Below, piece by piece: positions 47,228 through 50,029 of a stretch of DNA of 50,029 bases. Position 1 is the stretch's first letter, and each line of letters begins with the position of its first letter. The DNA is from Bdellovibrionales bacterium. GTDB taxonomy: Bacteria; Bdellovibrionota; Bdellovibrionia; Bdellovibrionales; UBA1609. Location of the stretch: the NCBI GenBank assembly GCA_050246815.1, contig JBFWVI010000022.1:1-50029 (forward strand), read 5' to 3'. The notes beneath the pieces were generated by a model, which was given only the letters and a program-made list of their open reading frames with translations, ran no database searches and was not told the DNA's origin. The position numbers were made by a program, and so were the translations under genes.

Positions 47228-49891
47228 TCGCTTCAGCGAGGCTTCGAGTGTTTCGATTTGGCTTTTTAGTTCAAGTAACTGCGCTTTGCCTTGCTCGACG
47301 ATGTCTTCGGGGGCGTTCTTCAAAAAGTTGGCGTCTTCTAGGCGCTTGGCCAGCGAAGCGTGCTCTTTTTGAAGTTTTTCGACATTTTTGGTGATGCGTT
47401 TTACTTCTTCGTCGATATCGACTAGGCCGTCCAGCGGCACTATCACATCAATCTGCACACCACCACGACGAATCGGTGTCAAAGCGCATTTGCTCAGACT
47501 TCCTTCGGTGCTGACCTCGCAGGTCTCAAGCCCTGCCAATCGCATGATGATGGTTTTGTTGGCCAGCAACATTTTTTGGCCGTGATCGTCACTGGGGGCG
47601 ATGCGAGCGTTGATCTTGAGACCGGGCTTGATACGGTTTTCGCCGCGGATGTTGCGGATCGCGGTGATCACGTCAATGACAACATCCATTTCAAGGGCGG
47701 CTTGCTCGCTACCCAAAGCCAAAAGCGCGCGATCTGACTTCACCGTCGGATAAACATCCGCAATGCAAGCTGCGCCCTTAATCGGCAGTTTTTGGTACAA
47801 CTCTTCCGAGATAAACGGCGCAAAGGGGTGCAGCAAGCGCATGATGCGATTTAAAACCTGTGACAACACCAGCTGGGCCGCCGCCTTGTCGGCATTCGCA
47901 GGTCCTTGCATAATCGGCTTTAAAAACTCAACATACCAATCACAAAACTGAAACCACACGAAGCTGTAGACCGAAAGCGCGGCCTCTGAAAAGCGCATAC
48001 TCGTCAAGGCTTGATCCACTTCTTTTTCCACTTGGCCAAGCTTGAACAAGATCCACTGGTCCGCCGTCGACAGATCGGCTTTGTTCGGTAGCGCCTCAAC
48101 GCCTTCGCTGGGCGCCTTGAAATCACCTAAGACTTGCAGCGAGAATCGCGTGGCATTCCACACTTTGTTCATGAAGTTGCGATAGCCCTCTAAACGTTGC
48201 AGCGAAAATTTTAAATCGCGGCCAGCGGCCAGTTGCGCAGCTAACGAAAACCTTAAAGCATCAGCGCCGTGTTCATCGATCAGCTTCACCGGATCAAGTG
48301 CGTTGCCGCTGGATTTCGACATCTTGGTGCCGTCAGCCTCACGAATCAGACCGTGCACGTACACAGTTCGAAACGGCACGTCTTTTTTGAACTCCAGTCC
48401 CATCATGATCATGCGCGCGACCCAGAAGAAAATAATATCATGACCCGTGACCAAAACATTGGTTGGATAAAAGGTCCGCTGCGTTTCAGTTTCATTCGGC
48501 CACCCCATCGTACTGAAAGGCCAAAGTCCTGACGAAAACCAGGTGTCCAAAACATCTTCATCTTGTTTTAAATTTTTATCGCCGCAATGCTCGCAAACGC
48601 TTGGATCCTCTTCGGCAACGGTTTGTTTGCCGCACGCACCGCATGTCCATGCCGGAATACGATGCCCCCACCACAATTGGCGCGAGATGCACCAATCTTG
48701 AATGATGTTCATCCAGTGCAGATAAGTTTTGGTCCAGATGTCAGGCTCAAACTGAATAGTACCGCTTTCGACCACGCGTTTTGCAGGACCCGCTAAAGAG
48801 GCGGTGCGCACAAACCATTGCTCCGACAACAAAGGCTCCACCACCGCGCCCGTGCGTGAGCAATGGCCGACTTGGTGAACATGAGGCTCGGTTTTCACTA
48901 GAAATCCCTGCGTCTCGAGGTCGGCCACCACTTTTTTGCGCGCTTCCGCAGCCGGCAAACCTTTGTAAGCTCCAGCCTGCTCATTCAAAGTTCCGTTCAG
49001 GTTCAAAATATTGATCATGGGTAGCTTGTGGCGCGTGCCCATTTCATAATCGTTAAAATCATGGGCCGGAGTGATCTTAACCGCACCGGTGCCGAACTCT
49101 TTGTCCACCGAGGCATCGGCGATCACCGGAATCTCGCGTCCTGTCAGAGGCAGTTTTAATTTTTTGCCAATCAAACTTTGATAGCGTTCATCTTCAGGAT
49201 GAACCGCCACGGCCGTGTCGCCAAGCATGGTCTCGGGACGAGTGGTGGCCACCACCACTTCGGCTTTACCGTCCGCAGTCGGATAGCGCAGGTGGTAAAG
49301 CTGCCCTTTGACCTCGCGATAATCCACTTCCAAATCTGACAAAGCCGACTCCAAAGCCGGACTCCAGTTGATTAATCGGGTGCCGCGATAAATTAAATTT
49401 TTCTTATAAAGCGTGACAAAAACTTTGCGCACGGCTTTTGAAACACCCTCATCCAACGTGAAAGTCAGACGATCCCAGTCGCAAGAATCGCCCAGACGCT
49501 TCATTTGCTCGACGATGCGATTGCCGTATTGATTTTTCCATTGCCACACGCGCTCGACAAAAGCGTCGCGGCCCATCTCTTTGCGATTTTTATTTTCTTT
49601 ACGCAATTCGCGTTCGACCACGCTTTGGGTGGCGATGCCGGCATGATCGGTGCCCGGCAACCACATCACGTTGTAACCTGACATGCGTTTCCAGCGGACC
49701 AAAATATCTTGAAGGGTATGATCCAAAGCATGACCTAAATGCAAAGAGCCAGTCACATTGGGTGGGGGCAAAATGATGCTATAAGGGGGGCGGGTTGAAA
49801 CGTCCTGGCTTTTAAAAAAACCTTTGGTTTCCCACCAATTGTAAATGCGCGCCTCAACCTCTTGAGGCGAATAGCGATCTGAGAGTTGCAT
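47219..49891 (-). CDS. valS: Valyl-tRNA synthetase
   Basis: PPPNVTGSLHLGH, DWCISRQLWWGH, KMSKS, C-terminal coiled coil. Confidence 0.98.
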   Translation of the reverse strand: MQLSDRYSPQEVEARIYNWWETKGFFKSQDVSTRPPYSIILPPPNVTGSLHLGHALDHTLQDILVRWKRMSGYNVMWLPGTDHAGIATQSVVERELRKENKNRKEMGRDAFVERVWQWKNQYGNRIVEQMKRLGDSCDWDRLTFTLDEGVSKAVRKVFVTLYKKNLIYRGTRLINWSPALESALSDLEVDYREVKGQLYHLRYPTADGKAEVVVATTRPETMLGDTAVAVHPEDERYQSLIGKKLKLPLTGREIPVIADASVDKEFGTGAVKITPAHDFNDYEMGTRHKLPMINILNLNGTLNEQAGAYKGLPAAEARKKVVADLETQGFLVKTEPHVHQVGHCSRTGAVVEPLLSEQWFVRTASLAGPAKRVVESGTIQFEPDIWTKTYLHWMNIIQDWCISRQLWWGHRIPAWTCGACGKQTVAEEDPSVCEHCGDKNLKQDEDVLDTWFSSGLWPFSTMGWPNETETQRTFYPTNVLVTGHDIIFFWVARMIMMGLEFKKDVPFRTVYVHGLIREADGTKMSKSSGNALDPVKLIDEHGADALRFSLAAQLAAGRDLKFSLQRLEGYRNFMNKVWNATRFSLQVLGDFKAPSEGVEALPNKADLSTADQWILFKLGQVEKEVDQALTSMRFSEAALSVYSFVWFQFCDWYVEFLKPIMQGPANADKAAAQLVLSQVLNRIMRLLHPFAPFISEELYQKLPIKGAACIADVYPTVKSDRALLALGSEQAALEMDVVIDVITAIRNIRGENRIKPGLKINARIAPSDDHGQKMLLANKTIIMRLAGLETCEVSTEGSLSKCALTPIRRGGVQIDVIVPLDGLVDIDEEVKRITKNVEKLQKEHASLAKRLEDANFLKNAPEDIVEQGKAQLLELKSQIETLEASLKRLR

Positions 49892-50029
49892 GGAGCCTCC
49901 ACCAATGGAGGCAATGTAGCTTAAGATTAGCGTTGGGACAAGGTGGCACGGCGCGGTGTACGGTGTGATTTAGGCCCTTCAAAGCCGCTGACGGCCACTT
50001 GATCGGCGTCACCATGCCCGTCATTCATC

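Noticed and set aside
28100..47394. ORFs starting MKEGRPFFFRLR, MNAGPSFSVCA and MQTGKEGPT that look like a paralog family
   Set aside because: They are translations of the REP-like repeat; the 46239 ORF more plausibly starts at 46278.
506..49014. Numerous antisense and alternate-frame ORFs inside glmS, glmU, trmFO, rnr, valS and the flagellins
   Set aside because: Shadow ORFs of well-supported genes with no independent motifs.
49971..49980. TAGGCCCTTC as a fifth repeat locus
   Set aside because: Only 10 nt match and the TTTTCCGTCTGC core is absent.
49892..50029. Possible gene fragment at the right edge
   Set aside because: Too short to assign a frame or product.

Overview
This is mostly core chromosome, probably from a Bdellovibrionota-like bacterium. 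That assignment is inferred from the short flagellins, an FQNC-type lipoprotein leader and many orphan secreted proteins. Housekeeping and envelope genes include mlaEFD with an M23 peptidase, a DciA-like gene, trmFO, glmUS, an mpaA-like amidase/histidine kinase/sigma54-activator cluster, purD, an HD hydrolase, thyA-folA, an S41 protease, two flagellins, a UbiB kinase, rnr and valS. The most notable features are: (1) a RAYT/Y1 HUH transposase gene bracketed by perfect 34-bp inverted repeats; (2) a different REP/REPIN-like repeat family at four loci, each overlapping or supplying the stop codon of an unrelated gene; (3) six GG-N10-GC sigma54 promoters, all in front of secreted or lipoprotein genes, two of which are normally cytoplasmic enzyme folds with a signal peptide and a shared PCD motif; (4) GGA-loop hairpins in both flagellin leaders and a GGA-rich structured region downstream of flagellin 1; (5) a cluster of apparent pseudoenzymes around purD. 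All calls come from reading motifs by eye; no database searches were run.
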